64,000 nucleotides of DNA from Gemmatimonadota bacterium (GCA_963170075.1 CAUJFW010000239.1:11741-75740); one strand, 5' to 3'. Positions 36,089-45,938 are shown, counted from the stretch's first letter. The notes: generated by a model from the letters alone, not told the origin. Program-made: numbers and translations.

Positions 36089-36912
36089 CCGCCGTGACCT
36101 CGCAGTCACTCTTGTTGCAGGCAACGGCGGAGGTGGCGCAACTGGCCGCGCGCACCGCGATGCGGTGGTATCGCCGCGATGTGCGCGTGGAGATCAAGGG
36201 CGATGGGTCGCCGGTCACGATTGCCGATCGTGAGGCTGAACGCGTGGCCCGCGAATGGCTCACCGCACGTTTCCCCAAGGATGGACTGCATGGCGAAGAG
36301 TTCGGCATCGAACGTGCCGAAGGCACACGCCGATGGATTCTCGATCCCATCGACGGCACGAAGGCGTTCGTCCGCGGCGTGCCGCTGTGGGGAACGCTGG
36401 TTGCGTGCTGCGAAGGTGATACCGTGTTGTCGGGTGCGGCGTGTTTCCCGGCCGTCGACGAGCTGATCGTCGCGGCTGCTGGTGAAGGCTGCTGGTGGAA
36501 TGGCGCGCGTGCGCAGGTCTCGAGCGTGGACACGCTCGAACAATCGACCCTGCTCATTACCGACGACGTGTTCGCCGATCGGCCATGGCGTTCGGGACCG
36601 TGGCGCGAACTCGCCTCACGAGCGGGCGTCACACGCACGTGGGGGGACTGCTACGGGTATCTGCTCGTGGCGACCGGGCGTGCGGAAATCATGGTGGACG
36701 ATATCGTGAACCCGTGGGATACCGCGGCGATCTATCCGCTGATCACCGAAGCCGGCGGACAGTTCACGTCGTGGAAGGGCATCGACACCGCATTTGGCGG
36801 CGACGCCATTGCCACCAATGCGGCCGTTGGCGATGCGGCGCGCGCATTGCTGCTGGAACCTGAACTGGAACCCGAAACCGTGGTTCGTCGCGATGCGGGA
36901 CAGTGCCTGTGA
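36085..36912 (+). CDS. hisN: Histidinol-phosphate phosphatase (inositol monophosphatase family)
   Basis: GEEFG, WILDPIDGTKAF and WGDCYGY motifs; lies inside the his operon. Confidence 0.9.
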   Translation: MTAVTSQSLLLQATAEVAQLAARTAMRWYRRDVRVEIKGDGSPVTIADREAERVAREWLTARFPKDGLHGEEFGIERAEGTRRWILDPIDGTKAFVRGVPLWGTLVACCEGDTVLSGAACFPAVDELIVAAAGEGCWWNGARAQVSSVDTLEQSTLLITDDVFADRPWRSGPWRELASRAGVTRTWGDCYGYLLVATGRAEIMVDDIVNPWDTAAIYPLITEAGGQFTSWKGIDTAFGGDAIATNAAVGDAARALLLEPELEPETVVRRDAGQCL

Positions 36913-37532
36913 CCACGATGCGGTTCGATCCTGACACCCTCGATTTCAGCAAGAGCAACGGCCTCGTGACGGTCGTCGCGCAGGACGCCGACAGTGGCGT
37001 GGTCCTGATGGTGGCACACGCCGATCGCGACGCGATCGCGCGCACGATCAGCACGGGCGAAATGCATTACACGTCGCGAACCCGCGGGCTCTGGCACAAG
37101 GGCGGCACGAGCGGGAATGTGCAGCGAGTGGTCTCGCTGTCGGCCGACTGTGATCGAGACGCGGTGCTGGCCCGCGTACGACCCGCCGGTCCGGCGTGCC
37201 ACGAGGGCACCACGTCGTGCTTTCGCGATGACGCACTCGGGGCGGACGCACTGGGGGTGCTCGATCGCACCATCGCCGCGCGCGCCGCGACCGCAAGCGA
37301 CGGCACGAGCTACACGCACAAGCTGCTCGGTGACCGCAACCTGCGACTCAAGAAGCTCGGAGAAGAGGCCGTGGAGCTGGCCGTGGCCTGCGTCGATCTC
37401 GATCTTGAGCGGGCCGCCGAGGAGGGCGCTGACCTTGTGTACCATGCGCTGGTCGCGCTGCGCGCCGCTGGTGTTTCGCTCGACGACGTTCGGCGGGTAC
37501 TCGCGCAGCGCGCCGGCGCGCCGGCGCGTTAA
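36909..37532 (+). CDS. hisIE: Bifunctional phosphoribosyl-AMP cyclohydrolase / phosphoribosyl-ATP pyrophosphatase
   Basis: SRTRGLWHKGGTSG, DCDRD, PACHEG, KKLGEEAVE and DLVYH motifs. Confidence 0.95.
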   Translation: MTTMRFDPDTLDFSKSNGLVTVVAQDADSGVVLMVAHADRDAIARTISTGEMHYTSRTRGLWHKGGTSGNVQRVVSLSADCDRDAVLARVRPAGPACHEGTTSCFRDDALGADALGVLDRTIAARAATASDGTSYTHKLLGDRNLRLKKLGEEAVELAVACVDLDLERAAEEGADLVYHALVALRAAGVSLDDVRRVLAQRAGAPAR

Positions 37533-37583
37533 CCTCAGAAACCTCCCCGGCGCCCGCGTTGGCGCACTCCCACCGGAGCATTC

Positions 37584-39218
37584 ATGCCTCACGATTCCAC
37601 GACCCGTCCGACTTCGTCGCGTCCCGGCACCCGGCCGCGTTCCCGCCGCTGGTTCGCCACGGCACTCTGCGGGGTGTCACTCCTGGGCGCACCGCTGTCG
37701 GCCACCGCGCTGTACGCACAGGACGAGCCGGTTGATGCGGCCGCGGTCAATCAGATTCGCGACGAAGCGTTCAATCGCTCGCAGGTGATGACGCTGATGT
37801 CGTACCTCACCGACGTGCACGGGCCTCGCCTCACGGGTTCGCCGATTTCGAGGCGAGCGGCCGAGTATACGATGGGGCAGCTCAAGAGCTGGGGTCTCGC
37901 CAATATCCATCTCGAGTCGTTCCCGTTCGGTCGCGGATGGACCAATGACAAGTTTTACGCGCAGGTGACGGCGCCGGTCCCCTTTGCCGTGATCGGTTAT
38001 CCCCAGGCGTGGACGCCCGGCACCAGCGGATTGATCAAGAGCGACATCGTGTACGTGCGCATCGACAGCGAGGCGGACTTCGCGCGCTTCAAAGGGAAGT
38101 TGGCGGGCAAGATCGTGATGCTGGCGCCGATGCGGGCGGTGGACCCGCGCTTTGCGCCGCTGGCCTCGCGGCGCAGTGACGACGATCTCGCACGGATGGC
38201 GGCGGCGCCGATGCCGACGCCCGCGGCGACCGGTCCGCGGCAATCGGGACCGCGGACGGCGGCCGACAGTCTCGCACAGCGCCAGCTGCAGGCGCAGCAG
38301 GCGATCGCGGTCCGCCGACGGGCGTTCATCGAAGACGAAAAGGTCGGCGCCATTCTCGAACCCGGGCGCGGCGACGGCGGAACGGTGTTTACTCCGAACG
38401 GCGCGTCGCGCGATCCCAAAACGCCGGCCACCACGCCAGTGGTGACGATCGCCATCGAGCACTACGGGCGGATCCTGCGCACGCTGGAAAAGAACATTCC
38501 GGTGTCGATCGAACTTGATATCCGGAACACGTTTTACGACGCCGATCTGACGTCGTTCAACATCATCGCGGAGATTCCCGGCACCGACCCCGTGCTCAAG
38601 GATCAGGTGGTGATGTTGGGCGCACACTTTGACTCGTGGCATGCCGGCACGGGCGCGACCGACAATGCGGCCGGATCTGCCGCGATGCTCGAGGCCGTGC
38701 GCATTCTCAAAGCGACGGGCCTCAAGCCCAAGCGAACGATCCGCATCGCGCTCTGGACCGGCGAAGAGCAGGGTCTGATCGGCTCTCGGGCGTGGGTGCG
38801 CCAGCATTTCGGCACGCGCGATTCACTGTCTGCCGACGCCGCCAAGTTCTCCGCGTATTTCAACCTCGACAACGGCACCGGCGCCATCCGCGGAGTCTTC
38901 GAACAGGGCAACGCCGCCGCCGCGCCGATCTTCAACGCCTGGATGAAACCGTTCGCGGACAAGGGTGTGAAGACCGTCACGTTGGCGAATACCGGCGGCA
39001 CGGACCATCTGTCCTTCGATGGCATTGGCCTGCCCGGCTTTCAGTTCATTCAGGATGAGGTCGAGTACGGGACGCGCACGCACCACTCCAACATGGATAC
39101 GTACGAACGCGTGCAGGATGCAGACATGAAGCTGAACGCGGCCGTGATCGCCTCATTCGTGTATCACGCAGCCAATCGCCCCGCGCTGTTTCCGCGAAAG
39201 ATTCCCGTGACACCGTAA
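37584..39218 (+). CDS. Secreted M28-family metallopeptidase with PA-domain insert
   Basis: Signal peptide, GPRLTGS, GAHFDSW, ATDNAAG, WTGEEQGL, NLD and HHSNMD motifs. Confidence 0.9.
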   Translation: MPHDSTTRPTSSRPGTRPRSRRWFATALCGVSLLGAPLSATALYAQDEPVDAAAVNQIRDEAFNRSQVMTLMSYLTDVHGPRLTGSPISRRAAEYTMGQLKSWGLANIHLESFPFGRGWTNDKFYAQVTAPVPFAVIGYPQAWTPGTSGLIKSDIVYVRIDSEADFARFKGKLAGKIVMLAPMRAVDPRFAPLASRRSDDDLARMAAAPMPTPAATGPRQSGPRTAADSLAQRQLQAQQAIAVRRRAFIEDEKVGAILEPGRGDGGTVFTPNGASRDPKTPATTPVVTIAIEHYGRILRTLEKNIPVSIELDIRNTFYDADLTSFNIIAEIPGTDPVLKDQVVMLGAHFDSWHAGTGATDNAAGSAAMLEAVRILKATGLKPKRTIRIALWTGEEQGLIGSRAWVRQHFGTRDSLSADAAKFSAYFNLDNGTGAIRGVFEQGNAAAAPIFNAWMKPFADKGVKTVTLANTGGTDHLSFDGIGLPGFQFIQDEVEYGTRTHHSNMDTYERVQDADMKLNAAVIASFVYHAANRPALFPRKIPVTP

Positions 39219-39241
39219 CCGGTCGGGCGATGACCTGTCCG

Positions 39242-40066
39242 CTACCCGGCCGTCATGCGCTGGGTAGCGGACCACACATCACCTGGGGCCAGTCGCACCG
39301 GCACGGCAATACGCGCCGCTTCCACGCACAGCATGCGCTGCTCATCGCCGTCGGCGAAGTCCGTGCGTGATCGCACGCCATCGACGCCCGGATTCCAGAC
39401 GACGGCCTCGGGGAATCCAGTTTTCTCGATGATGAGTTGTCGCTCGCCATCGTGAATGACCAGCCGGTCTGGTGCCTCGAAGTAGATGCGATCGAGTGGT
39501 CCGGTGATCGCCAGGACGGGCGCGTCTTCGTCTGCCACTGCCCCGTCACGGAGGGCGTCGCGATAACTGCCCCCCGCGAGACCAGCGACTGTCGCTGCGT
39601 AGGCGTGGCGCATGGCAAAGTACGGATGAAAAGCGGCCGTGAAGTCCGCGTACTCCATGTCGACGTTGCGCACCGTCATGGTGAGCGCCAGCGACCGGGC
39701 TTCGATGTGCACATCGATTTCAAGGTCGAACTGAAACGGCCACAACGCCCGGGTCGCGTCGGTGTCGCGCAACCTGAGCCGCATGCGTGATGGATCGTGC
39801 GCGATCGGTTCTGCGGTGAATCGGCTGACGCGCGCGAACCCGTGCTGCGGCAGGTCGCCAAAGGGGCCGAACTGGGGAAAGATCACCGGAATGCCACCGC
39901 GGATGGCTTTGCCGGGGCCATAGGTACTGCGCTCGCTCACAAACAGGCGTTCGTCGGTCTCCCCGGCCGGTGTCCATGAGAGCACATGGCCGCCATCGAG
40001 CGCCATGATCGCGCGGGCACCGTCGAGGCTTTCGACGGTCACCACATCAAGGTCAATTGGAATCAT
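39242..40066 (-). CDS. D-hexose-6-phosphate mutarotase (aldose 1-epimerase family)
   Basis: [30 protein letters not shown] and MLCVE motifs. Confidence 0.92.
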   Translation of the reverse strand: MIPIDLDVVTVESLDGARAIMALDGGHVLSWTPAGETDERLFVSERSTYGPGKAIRGGIPVIFPQFGPFGDLPQHGFARVSRFTAEPIAHDPSRMRLRLRDTDATRALWPFQFDLEIDVHIEARSLALTMTVRNVDMEYADFTAAFHPYFAMRHAYAATVAGLAGGSYRDALRDGAVADEDAPVLAITGPLDRIYFEAPDRLVIHDGERQLIIEKTGFPEAVVWNPGVDGVRSRTDFADGDEQRMLCVEAARIAVPVRLAPGDVWSATQRMTAG

Positions 40067-40131
40067 GCGTCGTGTTCACTCCAGAGATATGCAGCTCGCC
40101 GACCAGTAGCCCCGCCGGTGACAGATGGGCG

Positions 40132-40423
40132 ATGACCACGCCTACCGAAGTGTCGGATATTCATGCGCGTCTCGCCAGTCGGTATCAGATCAGCCGTCTG
40201 CTGGGCCGGGGTGGCATGGGCGCGGTGCATCTGGCGCGGGATGTCCAGCTTGATCGGCTCGTGGCGATCAAGGAGCTCCCGCCGGAGCTTGCCAGCAACC
40301 CTACGCTCCGTGCCCCACGAGACGCGTGTGAACGCTGCGCTCCCGGTGCTCGATGCCACGTCAACCGAATTCCGACGGTCATCCATCGAAGCACGACTGG
40401 CTCGGCTTGAGCGGAATTCGTAA
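40132..40423 (+). pseudogene. Ser/Thr protein kinase remnant (subdomains I-II only, internal deletion)
   Basis: [31 protein letters not shown] is clear; similarity stops at about 40311 and no further kinase subdomains follow. Confidence 0.82.
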
Positions 40424-40430
40424 CCGCTTT

Positions 40431-40508
40431 TTCACCACAGAGGGCACAGAGGCACAGAGGGTGATGGCCGGAGCGCTTCCTCTGTGCCTCTGTGTTCTTT
40501 GTGGTAAA
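40431..40508. repeat. REP-like hairpin of short CACAGAGG repeats
   Basis: 30-bp arms ttcaccacagagggcacagaggcacagagg / cctctgtgcctctgtgttctttgtggtaaa with 4 mismatches. Confidence 0.85.
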
Positions 40509-40534
40509 ATGCCGTTGCCGTTGTGTCGAAAGCG

Positions 40535-42067
40535 CTAGGGCACGGCCGCCCCGCCGCCCGCGCTCGTCACGCGCTGCAGCGTGCGATACAAGAACTCCGT
40601 CGCCCACCCCAACGCCGGCACGGGCACGCGTTCGTTGTCGCCGTGCATGCGCAGTTCGTCCACCATCGGCAGTGGCATGGGGAGAATGCCGTAGGTCGGA
40701 ATGCCTTTCGCGCGCAGTGCGGCGCCATCGGTGGCGCCGGTGGACATGAATGGGATGACCGTGGTGCCCGGCACCATCGCCATCGCCGACTCGTCCATGG
40801 CGCGATAGAGGGCCGTCGACACCGGTGACACCGGCGGTGACACTCTGGGCTCGCCGGTCAGCGCGAACGTCACCTGCTTCTCGGCACCCACGCGGTTGAA
40901 CGCCGCGACGATCGCGTTCACATCGTCGTTGGGCAACACCCGCGTGTTGAACGTCGCCGATGCTTCAGACGGGATGACGTTGTTGCGAATGCCACCATTC
41001 ATGAGCGTCAGCGAGTGCCCCGTGCGCAACACCGCGTTGTGCAGTGGCTCTTTCGACAGCACGGCCGCAGCGGCGTTGATCTGCGCCGCAGACGCGCCGG
41101 GGCGGGATATAGCGACCATGGCCGTCTTGAACGCCGCATTCGGTTCGATGCGACTGAGCCGCTCAAAGTAGAGTCGCGTGGTTTCGTTCAGCTTGACCGG
41201 TGCCTTCCACGCGTCCACGCGCGACACCGCACGCGCCAGCGCGGCCAGCACGTTGTCCGGCAGCGGCACCGAGGCATGGCCGCTGGTGCCCTTGGCCGTT
41301 GCGACGACATTGTACGACACCTTCTCGGTGGTTTGGATATTCACCGTCTTCACACGTCCGTCGGCGACACGCACGCGGCCGCCCTCGTTGAGCGCGAATT
41401 CCGCGTCCTTGATCAGATCGAAGTGTTTTTCGATCATCAGGTCGATGCCGACCTCCGGGCCGCCTTCTTCCGCCGCGGTGGCGAGAAAGATGACGTCACG
41501 ATCCAGTCGGTCGCGCTGCAACGCCAACTGCTGAATCGCGGCCGTCGCCGTGGCGAGCATGCCTTTGTCATCGATGGCGCCGCGGCCGTAGAGATACTGC
41601 AGACCATCTTCATCACGCAGCGTGGGCGTGAAGGCGGGCGTGATCCATTTCGCGCTGTCGACGTTCACCACATCCATGTGCCCCATGATGAGCACGGGAC
41701 GTTTGGTGGCGCGCGGCGCACGCAGGCGCGCCACAAAGTTGGCGCGGCCATTCCCCGATTCCAGCACGTGACGTTCCACGCCGGGGATGGTGGCAAACAC
41801 CGAATCGAAATACTGGGCCGTTTTGAGTTCGTTGCCCGGTGGATTCTGTGTGTTGATGGCGATCAGGCGCCGGAGATGTTCGAGCGCGACTTTCTGTGCG
41901 AGCGCACGATCAAAACCGGCGGGCGCAGCGCTCGTAACGGCATATGCTGCGGTCCCTGCGCCGCTTCCCGCCTGCGCAGTGGCCTGCGCATCGGCCTGCC
42001 CGGACACCACCGCGCCGCTGAGCGCGGCCATGATGGCCAGCGCCAGCGGACGTCGGCGTACGATCAC
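40535..42067 (-). CDS. Secreted M20/M25/M40-family metallohydrolase
   Basis: GHMDVV, GRGAIDDKG, AAEEG and HGDNERV motifs; signal peptide; GTG 42067 overlaps the upstream stop. The track start (42865) is over-extended. Confidence 0.9.
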   Translation of the reverse strand: MIVRRRPLALAIMAALSGAVVSGQADAQATAQAGSGAGTAAYAVTSAAPAGFDRALAQKVALEHLRRLIAINTQNPPGNELKTAQYFDSVFATIPGVERHVLESGNGRANFVARLRAPRATKRPVLIMGHMDVVNVDSAKWITPAFTPTLRDEDGLQYLYGRGAIDDKGMLATATAAIQQLALQRDRLDRDVIFLATAAEEGGPEVGIDLMIEKHFDLIKDAEFALNEGGRVRVADGRVKTVNIQTTEKVSYNVVATAKGTSGHASVPLPDNVLAALARAVSRVDAWKAPVKLNETTRLYFERLSRIEPNAAFKTAMVAISRPGASAAQINAAAAVLSKEPLHNAVLRTGHSLTLMNGGIRNNVIPSEASATFNTRVLPNDDVNAIVAAFNRVGAEKQVTFALTGEPRVSPPVSPVSTALYRAMDESAMAMVPGTTVIPFMSTGATDGAALRAKGIPTYGILPMPLPMVDELRMHGDNERVPVPALGWATEFLYRTLQRVTSAGGGAAVP

Positions 42068-43581
42068 AGTTCCCAACCCTTCCGATAGACGCGCGTGAGA
42101 TACTGATTCGCGTCGGGCGCGTTGGTGATCTGCATGTTGGCGCCGTCGTACAGAATCTTGCGACCTTGGCCGGCACGAAGCGCGGCGATGCCCAGCAGCA
42201 TCGTCTCGGTGAGCGGCGCCGCCTGCGAGAACGGCGAGCTCGCCTTGTTCTCGCCCTTCGCGGCACCCACCCAGTTCATCTCGTGCGATGTGGTCACGCG
42301 CGGCAACGTGACTGGCAGCGCTTCCGCCTTCTTGGCCACCGCTTCGGGATAGATGCGCGGTTTGTTGCCGTACGTTTCGTAGAACATGATCCCCTTCTCG
42401 CCCACGAAGACGCCGCCGCCGCCATCGCTGCCGGGGTTGGTCATCGGCGCATCGTCGGGGAGCATCGCCGGACGCGGCGGCATCAGGCCACCGTCGTACC
42501 AGAACAGTTTGACCGGACCGCGCTTGCCCACCGCGGGATACTCGTACTGCACCATCGTCGCCATCGGATACGTCGCCGGATTCTGCGCGCCACCACCCCA
42601 CGGACTCGACGAGGCCGAGATGCTGGTGGGATAGGTGAGACCAAGCGACGTGTACGGCTGATCGATCAGGTGCGCGCCCATGTCGCCGATTGCACCAACG
42701 CCAAAGTCGATCCAGCCGCGCCACGCAAACGGATGATACGCGGGATGGTATGCCACCTCGGGTGCCGCACCGAGAAACAGATCCCAGTTCATCCCCGGTG
42801 GTGGCGACATATCCTGACTGGACATCATTGCGCGCACCGCGTTGTCCACTGTTCCCATGTTCCACTGCGGACGTGTATTCGGCGGCGCGGTAGGCGCCGC
42901 CGCGTTGGCCGCACGCGGACGCGGAATCCCCTGCGCCCAGTAGCGCACCGGACGATCGGTCCAGACATGCACTTCCTGGATCTTACCAAGCAGACCGGCG
43001 TTGATCACCTCGCTGATACGATGCGAGCCTTCCATCGAGTGACCCTGATTGCCCATCTGCGTCGCCAGATTCGGCTTGGAGGCGGCCATCTTGGACAGCA
43101 GACGCGTTTCGTGCACCGAATAGGCGAGCGGCTTCTGCACGTACACGTGTTTGCCCATCTGCATCGCGGCCAACGCAATGGTGGCGTGCATGTGATCCGG
43201 CGTGGCGATCATGACGGCATCGATGTCCTTCTGCTGTTCGAGCATCTTGCGGAAGTCATCGTACTTCGCCGCCTTCGTGTACGTCTCACCGAGCAGCACA
43301 TCATTCGGCTTGGGCTCACCCTGACGCGGCTTGAGTCGCCCCTGCAGTGAGCGCTCCACATACGCCATGTCCACGTCGCACACCGCGACGATATTTTCGC
43401 TCAGCACCTGGGACATGTTGCTCATTCCCATGCCGCCGATGCCGACCATGGCGATGTTCAACTTGGCGCTCGGCGGGATATAGCCGGGACCGCCAAGAAC
43501 CGAGCGGGGCACGATCATCGCGCCAAAGGCGAGCGTACCGGAGGTGGCGACGAAGTCGCGGCGCGTAACGGGAGTGGACAT
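42064..43581 (-). CDS. Gfo/Idh/MocA-family oxidoreductase with Tat signal
   Basis: TRRDFV twin-arginine motif, GIGGMG, ATPDHMH, YVQKPL and GDMGAHL motifs. Confidence 0.92.
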   Translation of the reverse strand: MSTPVTRRDFVATSGTLAFGAMIVPRSVLGGPGYIPPSAKLNIAMVGIGGMGMSNMSQVLSENIVAVCDVDMAYVERSLQGRLKPRQGEPKPNDVLLGETYTKAAKYDDFRKMLEQQKDIDAVMIATPDHMHATIALAAMQMGKHVYVQKPLAYSVHETRLLSKMAASKPNLATQMGNQGHSMEGSHRISEVINAGLLGKIQEVHVWTDRPVRYWAQGIPRPRAANAAAPTAPPNTRPQWNMGTVDNAVRAMMSSQDMSPPPGMNWDLFLGAAPEVAYHPAYHPFAWRGWIDFGVGAIGDMGAHLIDQPYTSLGLTYPTSISASSSPWGGGAQNPATYPMATMVQYEYPAVGKRGPVKLFWYDGGLMPPRPAMLPDDAPMTNPGSDGGGGVFVGEKGIMFYETYGNKPRIYPEAVAKKAEALPVTLPRVTTSHEMNWVGAAKGENKASSPFSQAAPLTETMLLGIAALRAGQGRKILYDGANMQITNAPDANQYLTRVYRKGWEL

Positions 43582-43639
43582 GTGGTCGCGGAGGGAGGAG
43601 GGTGAGATCCTGTCTACTCTACGCGCCGGGATCGCCGCG

Positions 43640-44404
43640 TCAATCGCCCGGACGCGGATTGCCGTCGAAATCGGGCACAATGATGAAGCCCTCGTACCAA
43701 TGTGATTCCGACCGGAATGCCGGCGCTCCCCTGAGCGCGACGCGCGATGCCAATCCGGCCATCCACCACGCTGGCGCAATACCGCCAACGACCGCTTGGA
43801 GCTGGTCGTGTGTAACGACGCCGACCGTGTGCAGTGGCAGGCGCTGCGACAGCCGCTCCAGCCACAGCGGCACCGTCCCCACGTCGCGACGCGCTTTGGC
43901 TTTCCCGGGCAGCGGCGCCAAGCGGAGGCCCCGCCACGCGGCCGTGGGAAAGGTCTCGACCAGAAGGCGCGGCGGCACGGCGCCGAGTTCGTGCGGAAAC
44001 GTCCACCCACGGCCCGCGAGCATCGCGAAGAGGTCGACGGACAATTGGGTGAAGCCCAGATACGTGCTCGGCTTCACCCCGTCGGGTGGCAGACCAGTCT
44101 TCCCCGGCGTGTGCAGGACCGCTTCCGCCGCACGCGCGTGTTGCGACGTAGACGTGGATCGGCCACCAGGCGCACGCCATGCCGACGGACCATCGATGGC
44201 GATGCCGGCGATGGATTCGATCTGGCACCGCGATTCAATCCACTCCACGAATGCGGCGACGCTCGGCCGGCCCTCGAGTGGCACATCGACGACTCGGGCG
44301 TGAATCGTTCCGTCAGCGGCGCTGCGAACGACGGCCACGCCCACATCGCGGTACGATGTCAGGGCCAGATCGATCGAGAGGACAGTGTGCGAAATGCCGG
44401 GCAT
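43640..44404 (-). CDS. DUF429-like protein (predicted RNase H-fold nuclease)
   Basis: SIDLA, AIDGP and VETFPTAAW acidic motifs; start 44404 supported by upstream TATCTT. Confidence 0.65.
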   Translation of the reverse strand: MPGISHTVLSIDLALTSYRDVGVAVVRSAADGTIHARVVDVPLEGRPSVAAFVEWIESRCQIESIAGIAIDGPSAWRAPGGRSTSTSQHARAAEAVLHTPGKTGLPPDGVKPSTYLGFTQLSVDLFAMLAGRGWTFPHELGAVPPRLLVETFPTAAWRGLRLAPLPGKAKARRDVGTVPLWLERLSQRLPLHTVGVVTHDQLQAVVGGIAPAWWMAGLASRVALRGAPAFRSESHWYEGFIIVPDFDGNPRPGD

Positions 44405-44465
44405 CGGTCCACAAGATACACGGACGGGGTTGTGAACACGTGGGCCGACCGTATCATTGGCACTC

Positions 44466-45890
44466 ATGCTCAGGTCCATTGTGATTGCCATGCTCCTTGC
44501 CTCTGTCGCCGCAAGGGCGTCCCAACCAGCCGCGCCGGCGTCGCGTGCGTATGGCACCATTCGCGGCACCGTCTACGACAGTCTGAGCCACGCGGTGATC
44601 GCTGGCGCGGTCGTTGAACTCGAATCCCCGGCCCGCGTGGTGCAGACGGATCGACGTGGTGCCTTCACGATCGACCGTGTCCCCATCGGCGCACATCGAC
44701 TGACATTCTCAGCGCCCGCACTGGATTCGATCGGCCTGTTTGGTTTTGCGCGCAACCTGGACGTCCGCGAAGGCGATCAACGCGTCGCACTCGCCACCCC
44801 GTCGTTCCAGACGTTGTACCGCTCCGTGTGCGCACCAGCAGAGGTCGCGACCAAAGACAGCGCCATCGTCTTCGGCACCGTCTACGATGCGCGCACACGA
44901 CGTCCGGCGCCGGGCGTGAGCGTGCAGTTCAGCTGGTATGCCATGGATGCCTCATCCGGCCCGCAACTGCTGCGTGTGATGCGTCAGGCCACCACCGACA
45001 GTGTAGGCAACTACGGCCGCTGCGGGCTGCCAGACGATCTGGCGCTGCAGTCGCAGGCTGCCTCCGCAACGTCTGCAAGCGGTTCGATCGCCACGGTGAT
45101 CGGCGAAGCGCGGGTGCTCCGGCGCGATCTCTACGTCAGCGATGAGTTTCTCGTGGATTCGGCCACCGGCGCGACTCGCAGCAACGGCAGCGGCATGATC
45201 CGCGGGACCGTGCGCGATGAAAAGGGCGCCCCGCTGGTCAATGCACTCGTGGTGCTGCTGGCCAGTGATCGCACCGCGCGAACCGACTCGCTGGGCGTCT
45301 ATCGATTCACCGGAGTGCCGCTGGGCACACAGGAGTTGAGCGTGCGTCAGGTCGGCCGCGGTGCCCTGTATCGGATGATCGACGTCACCGGCGAGGCACC
45401 GCTCGAGGAGTCATTCACGTTACCGCAGTCGACGGTGCTCGCGACCGTGAATGTGCGTGGGGTACGCCGACTCGGCAGCGATCAAGCCGAATATCTCGCG
45501 CGGCAGCGGCACGGGTTCGGCCGGTATGTAAATCAGGCCGAGATCGCCAAACGACCCGATATGGCAGCCGCGCTGCAGCAGATTGCCGGACTCAATGTGA
45601 GACGGGGTAGTGGCGGTCTGGTCGTCGACAATCGTCGGTATGGCTGTCAGCCGCTGATTGTCCTCGACGGCTTCCCCGAATCGGGCGGCGGCGGCAGTTC
45701 AACCATTCCTCGCGCCGGCGCGGCCACGATGCCATCGGGACCGAGTCTCACACTCGACGCGCTCAACCCACGTGACGTGTTGGCCATCGAGTACTACGCG
45801 GGCGTCGCCGGCATGCCGCTCAAGTATTCGTTCGGTGATGCACCACGCTGCGGCATGCTGCTGGTCTGGACGGTCTTCTCGCGCTGGTAG
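44466..45890 (+). CDS. Secreted protein with repeated carboxypeptidase-regulatory-like domains and a C-terminal TonB-plug-like domain
   Basis: Repeated I.GTV.D...(TD..G.F/Y) beta-sandwich units; C-terminal CQPLIVLDG...AIEYY...RCGMLLVWT; no barrel follows. Confidence 0.7.
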   Translation: MLRSIVIAMLLASVAARASQPAAPASRAYGTIRGTVYDSLSHAVIAGAVVELESPARVVQTDRRGAFTIDRVPIGAHRLTFSAPALDSIGLFGFARNLDVREGDQRVALATPSFQTLYRSVCAPAEVATKDSAIVFGTVYDARTRRPAPGVSVQFSWYAMDASSGPQLLRVMRQATTDSVGNYGRCGLPDDLALQSQAASATSASGSIATVIGEARVLRRDLYVSDEFLVDSATGATRSNGSGMIRGTVRDEKGAPLVNALVVLLASDRTARTDSLGVYRFTGVPLGTQELSVRQVGRGALYRMIDVTGEAPLEESFTLPQSTVLATVNVRGVRRLGSDQAEYLARQRHGFGRYVNQAEIAKRPDMAAALQQIAGLNVRRGSGGLVVDNRRYGCQPLIVLDGFPESGGGGSSTIPRAGAATMPSGPSLTLDALNPRDVLAIEYYAGVAGMPLKYSFGDAPRCGMLLVWTVFSRW

Positions 45891-45896
45891 CGGCGC

Positions 45897-45916
45897 GCAT
45901 CGCCAGACGGCGATGC
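45897..45916. terminator. Short hairpin between convergent genes
   Basis: gcatcgcc-agac-ggcgatgc. Confidence 0.5.
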
Positions 45917-45938
45917 GGCCGCGTTCACATTGGCGCGA

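Noticed and set aside
43640-44404. DUF429 protein as part of a defence or toxin system
   Set aside because: Solitary gene among housekeeping neighbours, with no partner or defence-island context.
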